Translations under genes and position numbers: made by a program
Notes under the pieces: model-generated
The model's database searches: none
What the model was told of the DNA's origin: nothing
Seen by the model: only the letters and a program-made list of their open reading frames with translations
Part shown: piece by piece, positions 31,962 to 41,456 of the stretch
Numbering within the stretch: position 1 is the stretch's first letter
Layout: the number at the start of each line of letters is the position of its first letter
Assembly (NCBI GenBank): GCA_031288835.1
Contig: JAITQO010000016.1
Location: forward strand, 8,167 to 72,166
Direction of reading: 5' to 3'
From: Rickettsiales bacterium
GTDB taxonomy: Bacteria; Pseudomonadota; Alphaproteobacteria; Rs-D84
Length of the DNA: 64,000 nucleotides

Positions 31962-34898
31962 CTATTTATCATGCTGCTGAATCGCGTCATAATACGCCTC
32001 GGGACGAATATACATCCCGCCTGCGCGACCAACGGCGTTTCCGTCGTAAATTATTCCGTTCGCGCTGGACAAGACGCCGGTGAATCCGTATTCTCCGTTT
32101 CCTTTTTCATAAAACAGGGGGCCTCCGGAGTTTCCACTGACTATCAGGCAGTCCGTTTTGACATCATAAACGAGCGCTACGTCCTTGTCCTTGCCTTTTG
32201 TAATAAGATTAAATCCCTTGCCGATAAGATTATACCATTTCAAATTCTTCGTTGCGGCCTTGATTCCAGAATCGCGTCCGGTTGTTTCATTCATAAGGGT
32301 TACTGAGTTGAGCGACAAAACCGAGCATCCATGCTGTATTTTCAGATTGTTCGCGTCATTGAAAAAAGGCTCATATCCAATTTCTATCGCTTCTTTATTC
32401 ATAGCTTTCATAAGACTTCTTGGAATGCTGTCGTATTGTCTTACCGCGTCCCCGGCCAAGGTATCGAGAATCCCAAACTGGTTTTTGTAATAATCTGGAT
32501 TTCTGGATATGACTGTGGATACGATTTTGTCCACAATCGGATATTCGTCGTTCTTGATGACACGCATTATGCCGTATCCGGCCGCGACCAGAGACTCTAC
32601 GTGACGCGCCATTTTCGGGGCGATTTCCGGAAACGGTCCTTCGTAGTATTCTGGATTTTCCTCCCTGTGTTTTTCGTTGATTCTGATAAGGGCGACATCC
32701 TCGTCGACGGACTTTCTGCGCCATACGACGCGGCCGCCATCCGTCTCGAGTTTTTGGCCGTATTGAAAGTCATATCTGACATTGTCGTCCACATGATTTT
32801 TCGTAGTATTGTCAACGCAGTGGTTGGCCGTGATTATCAAGTTTCTAGTTATCAGAGTCCCGGTGCACCCGTCGTTCAAACGAACTATGTTTTTCCACGG
32901 ATATTGGCCTTTTTCCCCGCGATTCAGATACCGGCGCGGGTCGGTGTTCTGGATTTTGCTCATAATCCCCGCATGCCTTTTCATCAGCTCCTCGGTATGC
33001 TTTTCACATTCCCTGGCCATCTTTATATTCGCGTCCATCGTCGCAATCATCGCAATGGAGAGTCCGGTTGAAACGCCCGATGTTACGGTCGTCGTCCCGG
33101 CCAGTATGTTCGCCGAAATATCCATGACTCTGCCGAACGTCTTGACCTTGTCGTTATCGCTGTTTTTAACGCTGTTCATATTCGCGATGAAAGACGTGAC
33201 CCCGCCCGCGGCCGCTGTGCCGATGCCGATTTTTGAGAATACGCCGGCGGCATCAATCTGCTTTACGACACTCCGCATTTTGCCTACATCATATGGTTCG
33301 CATTTGTCCAGAACGGAATTGACCATTTGGAATAACTCGCTGCCGAAATTAAGCGAACCCCTGTATGCCGTCATTTTCTGCAGCCAGAGGTTGTATGTTT
33401 CCATGAATTCCGCGGCCTCCTCCGGCCCGCGCCACAGATTGTTTATGACGTGCGAGCCGAGCGCGCTGACCAGCGATGTCACGGCGGCGCCAAAGAGCAA
33501 ACCTGTGCGGATGGTTCCCGCCGTTACGCCGGCCGCCTTTTGGGCATCGTGCGCGCAATCCATTCCATTAAAGGACTCTCTCTTGCTTTTGCATACGCAT
33601 TTGGCAGATTTTTTCTTCCACTTTGCCCGTGAAAACCCCAGCTTGGATTTCGGCGCATCCAGGCATTTCTGTTTCAGCGCGTTGGTATCCGGCGATTCCA
33701 GTTCGGCGACCGCGTCTTCCGGCTCGTCTTCCTTAAAGGCCTCGTCAATGTCCTCCTCGTTTTCGCCGTCATCGGCAACTTCGGGCAACGTTCCGGACGC
33801 TATGCTGTTCAGTAGGTTGAATCCGTCCCGCCCGTTCATTTCTTTCACCGCGGCCTCCGCCTCTTTTTTTGCCTCGGCGTCCGCTTTTTTTATGGCATGG
33901 GCGCGATAGAGCCCCGCGCCAAGGGCTCCGCCCGCCATTCCGGTTCCGACCGCATTCACGACAATGCCGCCGACGGCGACCCCCTTCACCACATCGACGT
34001 TCGATTTGATTGTCTGTGCCAGTTTTATCAGCCCCAGGAACAAGTTCGCGACCTTGTCTTCCTTGGTTACAATTGGCTCCGGATGGTCGGGGGTGTATTC
34101 CCTTACATACTTGAACGGCATTTTGGCGAAAAACTCGGCATTCCGATAGTCATAATTTTCCAAGGAATAATCTCTGTTGTATTTCTTAGAGCGGACATTG
34201 GTCAACAATGCCACTCCCTCGTCCACTCCGTCGCATTTTTGCAAAATATCTTCCGTAATGGGCAAAAAACCTGTATTATCATCTGCTTCAACCCCGCACA
34301 GAATCGGAAAAAAGTCCCCGGCGAAATATTTGTTGGCGACTATTTCATACGGGATAAAAAAATACTCGCCCGACATAAATAAATCTTTAGAGGGCAGGCC
34401 TATCATCCATTCTTGAAATTCCGGCCGATTTGTATAAAAGACACTCGCCGCTCCCGTTGGAATCCAGGATTGGTAAAGATTATTGCCTGGTTCCTCATAT
34501 CCTCCGTCGGTGTTTCGGGTACTTTTTTTCGTATCTCGCAATATATCTTCAATATTTTCCTCTACCGCATGCTCCCTGATTTTATATTTGAAATAATCTT
34601 TCGGGCCGCTTATCATAACCTTTATCCAGCTTGGATTTTCCCCGTCTTCTATCGTGATAAATATGTCGCCGCGTTTAAGCGGCCCGTCTAATTTCTTATT
34701 GCATTCGTTCTCATTGTCTTCCGGGGTGCAGTAAGATGTATAATAAATCTTGCCACCGGCCATTTCGTCCGTCAAAATCGTATCAATCGGGAAAGGCAAT
34801 TCGTCATTTTCTTCCGCCTCTGCGGCAAGCGGGTAGGGCCTCGCCGTCATAAAAAAGAAACTGGCGGCCATTGCAATGATTTTTGGAATAATTCTCAT
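31962..34898 (-). CDS. 978-aa secreted protein with glycine-zipper-like segments and C-terminal trypsin-like (S1) serine protease domain
   Basis: Signal peptide MRIIPKIIAMAASFFFMTARPYPLAAEA. Central GVAVGGIVVNAVGTGMAGGALGAGL, IGIGTAAAGGVTSF and similar. Catalytic triad context LIITANHCV / DEDVALIRI / VSGNSGGPLF. Confidence 0.75.
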   Translation of the reverse strand: MRIIPKIIAMAASFFFMTARPYPLAAEAEENDELPFPIDTILTDEMAGGKIYYTSYCTPEDNENECNKKLDGPLKRGDIFITIEDGENPSWIKVMISGPKDYFKYKIREHAVEENIEDILRDTKKSTRNTDGGYEEPGNNLYQSWIPTGAASVFYTNRPEFQEWMIGLPSKDLFMSGEYFFIPYEIVANKYFAGDFFPILCGVEADDNTGFLPITEDILQKCDGVDEGVALLTNVRSKKYNRDYSLENYDYRNAEFFAKMPFKYVREYTPDHPEPIVTKEDKVANLFLGLIKLAQTIKSNVDVVKGVAVGGIVVNAVGTGMAGGALGAGLYRAHAIKKADAEAKKEAEAAVKEMNGRDGFNLLNSIASGTLPEVADDGENEEDIDEAFKEDEPEDAVAELESPDTNALKQKCLDAPKSKLGFSRAKWKKKSAKCVCKSKRESFNGMDCAHDAQKAAGVTAGTIRTGLLFGAAVTSLVSALGSHVINNLWRGPEEAAEFMETYNLWLQKMTAYRGSLNFGSELFQMVNSVLDKCEPYDVGKMRSVVKQIDAAGVFSKIGIGTAAAGGVTSFIANMNSVKNSDNDKVKTFGRVMDISANILAGTTTVTSGVSTGLSIAMIATMDANIKMARECEKHTEELMKRHAGIMSKIQNTDPRRYLNRGEKGQYPWKNIVRLNDGCTGTLITRNLIITANHCVDNTTKNHVDDNVRYDFQYGQKLETDGGRVVWRRKSVDEDVALIRINEKHREENPEYYEGPFPEIAPKMARHVESLVAAGYGIMRVIKNDEYPIVDKIVSTVISRNPDYYKNQFGILDTLAGDAVRQYDSIPRSLMKAMNKEAIEIGYEPFFNDANNLKIQHGCSVLSLNSVTLMNETTGRDSGIKAATKNLKWYNLIGKGFNLITKGKDKDVALVYDVKTDCLIVSGNSGGPLFYEKGNGEYGFTGVLSSANGIIYDGNAVGRAGGMYIRPEAYYDAIQQHDK

Positions 34899-34916
34899 TT
34901 AACTCCCTTTAGTGAT

Positions 34917-34946
34917 AAAAAAGACCGTCAAACAAAGTTGACGGTC
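34917..34946 (-). terminator. intrinsic terminator/attenuator hairpin immediately upstream of the protease gene SD
   Basis: Minus-strand reading GACCGTCAA-ctttgt-TTGACGGTC-TTTTTT. It is nested inside a 9-bp inverted repeat, TTAACTCCC (34955..34947) and GGGAGTTAA (34907..34899), that covers the SD. Confidence 0.55.
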
Positions 34947-35151
34947 GGGAGTTAAAGAAGTCAGATAATGATTTGACCCCGCATTCTTGCGAGATGCGGC
35001 ATCCCGACCACAAGGCCGGGACAAAGCGAATCAATTTGTATTCACTTTATATTCATTATCGGGTTCTTTAAGCCCTTAGAACTAACTTTGTCCAACGACA
35101 GAATAAATCATATGCGAAAAAATTGCAAGTCAAAAATTGATGGAAAGAAAT

Positions 35152-35227
<76 letters not shown>

Positions 35228-35317
35228 TGGGCGGTGGCATTTTACCGCGCGTTGCGGAAAATTGCAAATTAAAAATAAGCCCCGTGCGCGTTTTCGTTTT
35301 TTTTAGCCCCCTTTTTA

Positions 35318-35326
35318 TGGTATAAT
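35318..35326 (+). promoter_or_regulatory. extended -10 TGgTATAAT upstream of OMP gene
   Basis: TATAAT 35321..35326; SD aaagaggg lies before ATG 35347. Confidence 0.45.
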
Positions 35327-35346
35327 ATGGGAGATTAAAGAGGGTT

Positions 35347-36879
35347 ATGAGAGCAAAAATTGCAGCATTTTTGGCCTTTCTGGCATTGCCGGCCGCACTG
35401 TTCGCGCGCGAGGGAACGCCGTCCTATTACCAAAACAACTACGGACAGCCGCGCTATCAGCAGATGCCGAGCCAATATCAAAACCAGAATGTTTACGTCG
35501 GCAGTCAGCAGTCGCGGCAAGTTGTCGGGCAGCGCTCGTATTCGTATCAGGTTCCGCGCCAGACAAATCCACTGCAGAACGGCGGCATGACGCCGAACGG
35601 AGTTGCGATTCCGCGCGAAAACAGCAATCGCGATTTGGCCATATCAGTGATTGTCGGCCGCGAGTTCGCGGACTTTCAATTCGAAACCGGCGTGCGGTCG
35701 ATTCTCGAGTGGGACGACATGATTGTCAACAAAATCGGGCTCCATGTGGAAAAGGACTTCAGCCTGCGCGATTTCGATTTGTTCGCGTTCGGCGAATACG
35801 AATACGGGACATTGTCGCACGGCGGGCTGTCGATGGATTACGACCTGATGCCGTATAACGAATCCGAGCCGGCAAGCGGAATCTTTACGATTTCCATGGG
35901 AGACCAAAGCGGCACGATGCAGAACATGAAGGTTGGAATCGGCGCGCGCCACATATTGGACGTTTCCGGGTGGAAAATATCGCCGATTATAGGGTATCAG
36001 ATTTTCTCGCACGATTTGAAGATGAGCAATCATGTTTATCCGAATCCCGCCGTTTATATTCCGTTGATGAATCAATACGGCGATTATATCTATGGCGACT
36101 CGTCCGGAAATTATTACAGCGTGCCGCAGGGAACCGCCGTCCCGGACGATTATTACCAGGTCTGCATGTCGCCCGAGGATTTGTCGCTGGCCGCGGCGGA
36201 CCCGAACACGCATGCCCCGATTTTGACAGACTCGAACGGAGACGGATACGCGGACTCCCTGATGACGACGCCGTATGACCCGCTGTTCGGAAACCCGTAT
36301 CTGCCGTGGGGCGTGGCGCCCGGCGAATGCGTTGTAATCGGCGGCGACGGCATCATCAAGGTCGATGGCACGACCCATATTTACAACACCAAATGGTCGG
36401 GCGTGTTTCTGGGCGTCGAGGTTGAAAAGCAGATGACGTATGTCGACAAGCTGCGCTTTTACGCCGAGGTTTCCATGCCGCACTACAAGAGCGAGGGGAT
36501 ATGGCCGAACCGCACCGACTGGCAGCAGAATCCATCCTTTATCGACGAAGGAGACTCGAGCGCGCTGCATTATCAGCTTGAAATGGAATACATATACCAG
36601 TTCAGCGACAGGTTGCAGCTGTCAATCAAAGCGAATACAAGATATTTTTACGTCGGCGCGATTCCGGGCAAACTGTTTGTCGCCGGATACCAGTACTATG
36701 TGACGGATGCCGATGGAAATCTGGTATACCAGGACACAAACGGCAACGGGCTTGTCGACCCGGGCGAGCCGCCGCAATTGGCCACGCAAGACCCGTATGT
36801 CGAGAAGGTCAGCGATTCTTTGAGAAATGCGACGTGGCAGTCGTTCGGTTTGCATTTTGGTGTGAAATATGCGTTTTAA
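35347..36879 (+). CDS. outer-membrane beta-barrel protein with Q/N/Y-rich N-terminal region
   Basis: Signal peptide MRAKIAAFLAFLALPAALFA, then YYQNNYGQPRYQQMPSQYQNQNVYVGSQQSRQ. The barrel-like remainder ends FGLHFGVKYAF. Confidence 0.7.
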   Translation: MRAKIAAFLAFLALPAALFAREGTPSYYQNNYGQPRYQQMPSQYQNQNVYVGSQQSRQVVGQRSYSYQVPRQTNPLQNGGMTPNGVAIPRENSNRDLAISVIVGREFADFQFETGVRSILEWDDMIVNKIGLHVEKDFSLRDFDLFAFGEYEYGTLSHGGLSMDYDLMPYNESEPASGIFTISMGDQSGTMQNMKVGIGARHILDVSGWKISPIIGYQIFSHDLKMSNHVYPNPAVYIPLMNQYGDYIYGDSSGNYYSVPQGTAVPDDYYQVCMSPEDLSLAAADPNTHAPILTDSNGDGYADSLMTTPYDPLFGNPYLPWGVAPGECVVIGGDGIIKVDGTTHIYNTKWSGVFLGVEVEKQMTYVDKLRFYAEVSMPHYKSEGIWPNRTDWQQNPSFIDEGDSSALHYQLEMEYIYQFSDRLQLSIKANTRYFYVGAIPGKLFVAGYQYYVTDADGNLVYQDTNGNGLVDPGEPPQLATQDPYVEKVSDSLRNATWQSFGLHFGVKYAF

Positions 36880-37867
36880 GAAACAATCGACAAGATATAA
36901 GAGGCTGATTTTTGGCAAGATTCTCTTTCTTGTCGCGTGTTTTTTATCGCTTGTCTCTTTTGCGGACGAAACGAACGAATTCGACATAGACCGCTGGTAT
37001 ACGATTCTTCATCGCGTCCAGAATGCCGCGTTGGAGCAAAAAATCAGCGCAAAGACAATCAACGCGACGATTCAGGAATCCGGATTCATTCCGGAAATAG
37101 TACAGCGCGATAAAAATCAGGCCGAATTCGTGCTGACACTGGGGCAGTATTTGGACAACTCCGTCGGCGAGCCCAGAATTGGAAACGGAAAAAAGGCCGC
37201 GAAGAAATACCGGACACTGCTGGCGCGCATGGAGAAAAGATACGGCGTTCCGAAAAACGTCATGCTGGCATTTTGGGGAATGGAAAGCGATTACGGGACA
37301 TTCAAGGGGCAATATAAAATCAGCGACGCGTTTTTAACGCTGATTTATGACGGCCGGCGCGAACAGTTTTTTGAGCAGCAACTGCTGGCGCTGATGAAAA
37401 TAGCCGATAAGAACAAATTGAATATCCTGAACATTATCGGCTCGTGGGCGGGCGCGATGGGACATTTTCAATTCATTCCGACGACGCTGTCGCAATACGG
37501 CGCGGACGGAAACGACGACGGGAAAATCGACATAGCCAATTCGCTGGCGGACGCGATGGCCAGCGCCGGAAATTACCTGAAGAAAATGGGGTGGGAAAAA
37601 AGCGGCCTCATTATCCGCCGCGTGAAATTGCCGGCGGGATTCAATATGGAACTGTGCGACGGGAATACGAAAAAAACGCTGGGCGGGTGGCGGAATCTGG
37701 GCATAACGGGGGTTCCGCAGGCGAACAAGACGGCGGGATTGGTATGCGACGCCAGCATTTATCCGAACGCGTATCTGGCATATGACAATTTTTACCGCAT
37801 AAAAAAATGGAACAATTCGAATTATTACGCCGTTGCGATTGCTTTATTGGCGGAGAAGTTCAAATAG
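36869..37867 (+). CDS. lytic murein transglycosylase (MltB/SLT_2 family)
   Basis: ...VPKNVMLAFWGMESDYGTFKG...GSWAGAMGHFQFIPTT...DGKIDI... Confidence 0.8.
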   Translation: MRFKKQSTRYKRLIFGKILFLVACFLSLVSFADETNEFDIDRWYTILHRVQNAALEQKISAKTINATIQESGFIPEIVQRDKNQAEFVLTLGQYLDNSVGEPRIGNGKKAAKKYRTLLARMEKRYGVPKNVMLAFWGMESDYGTFKGQYKISDAFLTLIYDGRREQFFEQQLLALMKIADKNKLNILNIIGSWAGAMGHFQFIPTTLSQYGADGNDDGKIDIANSLADAMASAGNYLKKMGWEKSGLIIRRVKLPAGFNMELCDGNTKKTLGGWRNLGITGVPQANKTAGLVCDASIYPNAYLAYDNFYRIKKWNNSNYYAVAIALLAEKFK

Positions 37868-37929
37868 TCCAAACGCGGCGATACCGGAAGAATCGGCCTC
37901 CGCGCTATCAAAACCTTATGACATTTGAT

Positions 37930-38361
37930 TTATAGGTGCCTGATTTTTAGTCTCGGAAAGCGGCGGGCAAGATATTCCGCCACGATTTTCCTGTGGCAGT
38001 TGTCGGCGGATTTTTCGGAACACATCAGGCACGCTCCGTCAAGGTTCGTTTGCAAAAATAGAGTTTCAATTCGGCGTTCCGACAGAAGTTTTTCAATTTC
38101 TGCGAAGGCGTCCGCCAGCGCCATTCGTTTTTCTTTGACGCCGGATAGCAACTCAACGGTCGGAGCCAGTTCCTTCGCCCATTTATATTTGTGCCCGCAC
38201 CGCGCCGCCAAATACGAACCCTTTGCCCAGGCGAAATATTCGCTGACGCTGTCGCGCCATAGGCGGATGTCCCAAATGCACCGCACGCCGGCGTCACGGA
38301 GAATCTTGTAGAATTCTTCCTCCGTTTTTCCAGCAAAGCCGATTGTGTAAAGCGTCGCCAT
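37930..38361 (-). CDS. DUF488-family protein
   Basis: MATLYTIGFAGKTEEEFYKILRDAGVRCIWDIRLW... The start is taken at the ATG giving MATLYTIGF. Confidence 0.65.
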   Translation of the reverse strand: MATLYTIGFAGKTEEEFYKILRDAGVRCIWDIRLWRDSVSEYFAWAKGSYLAARCGHKYKWAKELAPTVELLSGVKEKRMALADAFAEIEKLLSERRIETLFLQTNLDGACLMCSEKSADNCHRKIVAEYLARRFPRLKIRHL

Positions 38362-38420
38362 GGCATTTGTTATACCAAATCGCCGCATGGAAGCAAACGA
38401 TTATAGAATCAGCCAGCGAC

Positions 38421-39227
38421 TCATAACCGAACAACGGTTATTCCTTTTTTCTCCCATTCCGGAATCAGTGCGTCCATATTCATGATATTTTTTGTTTTCA
38501 AAACCAAAATGCGCTTATCAGCGTCCTCTTCAAGCAGCAGTCTTATCGGCGATGCGATTTGCTTTCCGGTCGCGAACCAATTGTCTTCGTCGTCCGCAAT
38601 CCAAAAATCCGTGTCGTCGAAAACATAGGTCGCCGTTTTCAGTCCATTTTCCTCGTCAAGCGTTACGGGCGATTCCATGTCGAAATCGACATCGCGGAAT
38701 ATCGGCGCGGAATCGTCGGGCGCGTCGAATGAGTCGGGCAGGGGCATCATGATATCCGGCGCGGTCTCGGCCTCTGGAACGTCGTTATTTTGGGCGACGC
38801 TTTTTATAAAATCCACCGCGTTTTTCGTCAGAAATCCGGAATGGGCGCGGACATACGGCTCGCGCAGTTCATCCGGCAATATTTCCGGAAATGTTATTTT
38901 ATTTTCCGGTTCCGCGGTTTCCGCCTGCGGAGAGGAGGGGGCCTTTTTCGGGACGGGAAGTTTCGGCAGATTGAACGGGCTTTTCTCGTTTTTCCAAACG
39001 AACCATGCGGACGCGACGTAAACGGGAACGGCGGCAATCAGGGATATTCCGAAAGCAAGCCCCGAAAGTCCGCGGATTGTCGCATGCGCCAGCCAATTCC
39101 AGTGCCTTGGCGACCAAATGTCGAAATTGAATACGACGTGAAAGAACAAGGCGACGGCGGCCGCGAAAATTATGCTCCATAGCAGTAAAAAGTATAACTT
39201 TTTCAACATAGTTAAAATATAATACAA
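38421..39227 (-). CDS. hypothetical membrane protein
   Basis: Two or three N-terminal TM helices (LLLWSIIFAAAVALFFHVVF, GLAFGISLIAAVPVYVASAWFVW) followed by an acidic C-terminal domain. Confidence 0.5.
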   Translation of the reverse strand: MYYILTMLKKLYFLLLWSIIFAAAVALFFHVVFNFDIWSPRHWNWLAHATIRGLSGLAFGISLIAAVPVYVASAWFVWKNEKSPFNLPKLPVPKKAPSSPQAETAEPENKITFPEILPDELREPYVRAHSGFLTKNAVDFIKSVAQNNDVPEAETAPDIMMPLPDSFDAPDDSAPIFRDVDFDMESPVTLDEENGLKTATYVFDDTDFWIADDEDNWFATGKQIASPIRLLLEEDADKRILVLKTKNIMNMDALIPEWEKKGITVVRL

Positions 39228-39430
39228 AAGTAATTATTTGTCAATTATTTAGCAATTGGTTTTGGGGCCAAAATCCGCGGTTTGGAACAGTGGCTGTAAA
39301 CCGCGGGCGAAGCGAGCCATTTTCATCCATATGATTGGTCGTTGATTGTTTGCGCATTCTGCTTTTGTTCGGACAAAGTTTTTGCCTGCGGGTTGCGACC
39401 ATGTTCCCGTTGGGACGAAAAGGCGGGACG

Positions 39431-40060
39431 CTATGCCATTCGCCTGATTTTTTGCAGAATCTCTTTGATTTTGTTGTTCCCGTAAATCAATTCCTGGGAC
39501 TCTATGTCGCGCGCGCCCATGTTTGCGAGACGCAAGACCTGTTTGTTGTCGACCGCCCATACGAACGTGAAGTTGCGGACGATTTTCCGCGCGAACCTTT
39601 TCGCCCATTTCCAGCGGCGGTATGATTTGCCCGACACCCTGCCATTGATTAAAAAACTCGGAATATTGTTTTTTTTCAGCAGATGCAGCTGATACGGACG
39701 CAATTCCGAACCGATTCGTAGGGCGAGCGCCGGCTCCCAGAAATGCAGGAAGTTCCGGACCGCCATATACGTGTCAATCGGCGCGAACTGGCATATCGCT
39801 CCGTATTCGTTTCCGCCGCCTTGTCTTTTGTTGTATGTCAGCAGGATTTTGTGCGGCATCGCGCCCGACACGCAGCGCATAATGTCGCCCGCCTCGGCAA
39901 AGTCGTTGCAATGCACCCAGACGATTTCGCCCTTCGGCCTGTCTTCGGTCGGCAGGCCGATTTTCTCGTGGAATCTAGCCTTGTTCTCCTTGCTTTTGAT
40001 TTTGAGCCATGTCCATAGAAACGGGAAGGTGATGAAGCGGATTATTCGGTAGAAAAGCAT
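39431..40060 (-). CDS. Kdo-transferase (WaaA/KdtA) N-terminal-domain-only protein, truncated or degenerate
   Basis: EKIGLPTEDRP..EIVWVHCNDFAEAGD...ILLTYN...FAPIDTYMAVRNFLHFWEP...IPSFLINGRVSGKSYRRW aligns by eye with the N-terminal half of WaaA. The SvGE motif is altered, and there is no room for the C-terminal half downstream (only about 200 nt before the next gene). Confidence 0.55.
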   Translation of the reverse strand: MLFYRIIRFITFPFLWTWLKIKSKENKARFHEKIGLPTEDRPKGEIVWVHCNDFAEAGDIMRCVSGAMPHKILLTYNKRQGGGNEYGAICQFAPIDTYMAVRNFLHFWEPALALRIGSELRPYQLHLLKKNNIPSFLINGRVSGKSYRRWKWAKRFARKIVRNFTFVWAVDNKQVLRLANMGARDIESQELIYGNNKIKEILQKIRRMA

Positions 40061-40071
40061 TTATCGTCCTT

Positions 40072-41331
40072 TTACTGCCTGCATATTATAACATACGGCG
40101 GAAGCGATGCAACCTCGTCTATTCCGTTCGGGCATTCCATGCAGTTGAATTTGCGGTTTCTCGAATGCGAATCGTCCAGCGGGATTGCCGCGCCGTCCAG
40201 TTCGGGCAGGTTTTTGCGCGCGTTCGCGACATACCTCGTGTCCGGAAATCCGAAATAAAAGTTCCGGCACGCGCCGTCATAGCATGTTTTTTTCGATATC
40301 GCCGCCGCGTCCGGCACGCATTCGGCGGTGCAGTCGTCGCGCACAATCATCTTTTCGCAGTCGTTGCAGGAAACCAGGTTTCCGCGCAGGGTGGTTGTTC
40401 CGCCGCCGTAAATCCTGTCGTAAACCTTGTCGCATTTTTTCACCGCGGCCTCTTCGGCGCCGACGGCCGCGACGCATTCCCATTCCATGCCGTCATAGTT
40501 CATTTCCGCGGAATATCCGGCGGGGCATTCGATTTTCGGCGCGGCGCCGACGCATTCCCAAACATCGTCAACCATGACCGCGGACTGGTTCGACTGGCAC
40601 AACGGCCGCTTGCCGGCGTCCGGAACGCACGAGCCGGAATCCGCGCTCCAAATATAGTCGCCGCCGCATACCGGGACGATATTGCGCGGCGCGCAGGTCC
40701 ATTTGTTCTGGCGGTAGACCTGGATTTCCCCGTATGCGCATTTTATTTTGGCCATTTGGCTTATGACGGCGGGATTTTTTCTGCCGGTGATTTTGTATTG
40801 GGTTATATAGGCCAGCTCGCCGTCCTTGAACGCGGTTTCCCTGGCTATGGCCTTCGATATCTCCCGCTTTGTCCCGCCGGACAGCAGCAGATACGGAACC
40901 TTGTCTTCCCCGACGGATATGATTCCGAGATTCGCGGCATACGGGTAATCCTGCGCCAGAACCTCCAATATCTTGCCCGCGCCGTTTTCCGTGATTATGT
41001 CCGTCGTCGTGATGATATAGTTGGATATAGATTTGTCGATTTTGTCGGGCACGCAGGACGACACGATTTTTTTGTCGTCGCTGCATAATTTTCTGGTTTT
41101 GATTTCATACCGCTCGACGCAGGGGATTTCGGAATTGGAGACGGCCTTCGCGCGCTCGTCCGCCATCATCGCCTCGGAATGCGCGCGGAGGACGCACGAC
41201 AGAACGGATTTCAATTCCGCGGACTCGAGCGCCTCCTCTTTTGATTCTCCGGCCAGGTTTGCGTTCGGCGCGTCCGTCAGATAATACCCCGCCGCGAACA
41301 GGGCCATCAAAATAATCACGAATATGTTCAT
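40072..41331 (-). CDS. secreted/membrane-anchored Cys-rich hypothetical protein
   Basis: Start taken at MNIFVIILMALFAAGYYL (ATG 41331). Many Cys pairs, e.g. WTCAPRNIVPVCGGDYIWSADSGSCVPDAGKRPLC and WECVGAAPKIECPAGY. The longer track ORF extends through the divergent promoter region. Confidence 0.55.
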   Translation of the reverse strand: MNIFVIILMALFAAGYYLTDAPNANLAGESKEEALESAELKSVLSCVLRAHSEAMMADERAKAVSNSEIPCVERYEIKTRKLCSDDKKIVSSCVPDKIDKSISNYIITTTDIITENGAGKILEVLAQDYPYAANLGIISVGEDKVPYLLLSGGTKREISKAIARETAFKDGELAYITQYKITGRKNPAVISQMAKIKCAYGEIQVYRQNKWTCAPRNIVPVCGGDYIWSADSGSCVPDAGKRPLCQSNQSAVMVDDVWECVGAAPKIECPAGYSAEMNYDGMEWECVAAVGAEEAAVKKCDKVYDRIYGGGTTTLRGNLVSCNDCEKMIVRDDCTAECVPDAAAISKKTCYDGACRNFYFGFPDTRYVANARKNLPELDGAAIPLDDSHSRNRKFNCMECPNGIDEVASLPPYVIICRQ

Positions 41332-41402
41332 ACCATAGATTATAGAGAATAAGCCGCGAATAGGAAAGAGGAAAAAAACAATCGCGCACCGTAAAAAAAC
41401 AC

Positions 41403-41432
41403 TTGCCCTTGGGGCGGCATTTTTTGTAAAAT
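41403..41432 (+). promoter_or_regulatory. promoter TTGCCC-N18-TAAAAT
   Basis: TTGCCC 41403..41408 and TAAAAT 41427..41432; SD aagga lies before ATG 41457. Confidence 0.35.
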
Positions 41433-41456
41433 CGGTAAACAAAGGATTGGGAAGTA

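Noticed and set aside
39249-39608. Small ORFs in the gap downstream of the truncated waaA-like gene, considered as frameshifted remnants of the WaaA C-terminal half.
   Set aside because: The translations show no glycosyltransferase motifs, and the available space (about 200 nt) is far too short for the missing ~200 aa.
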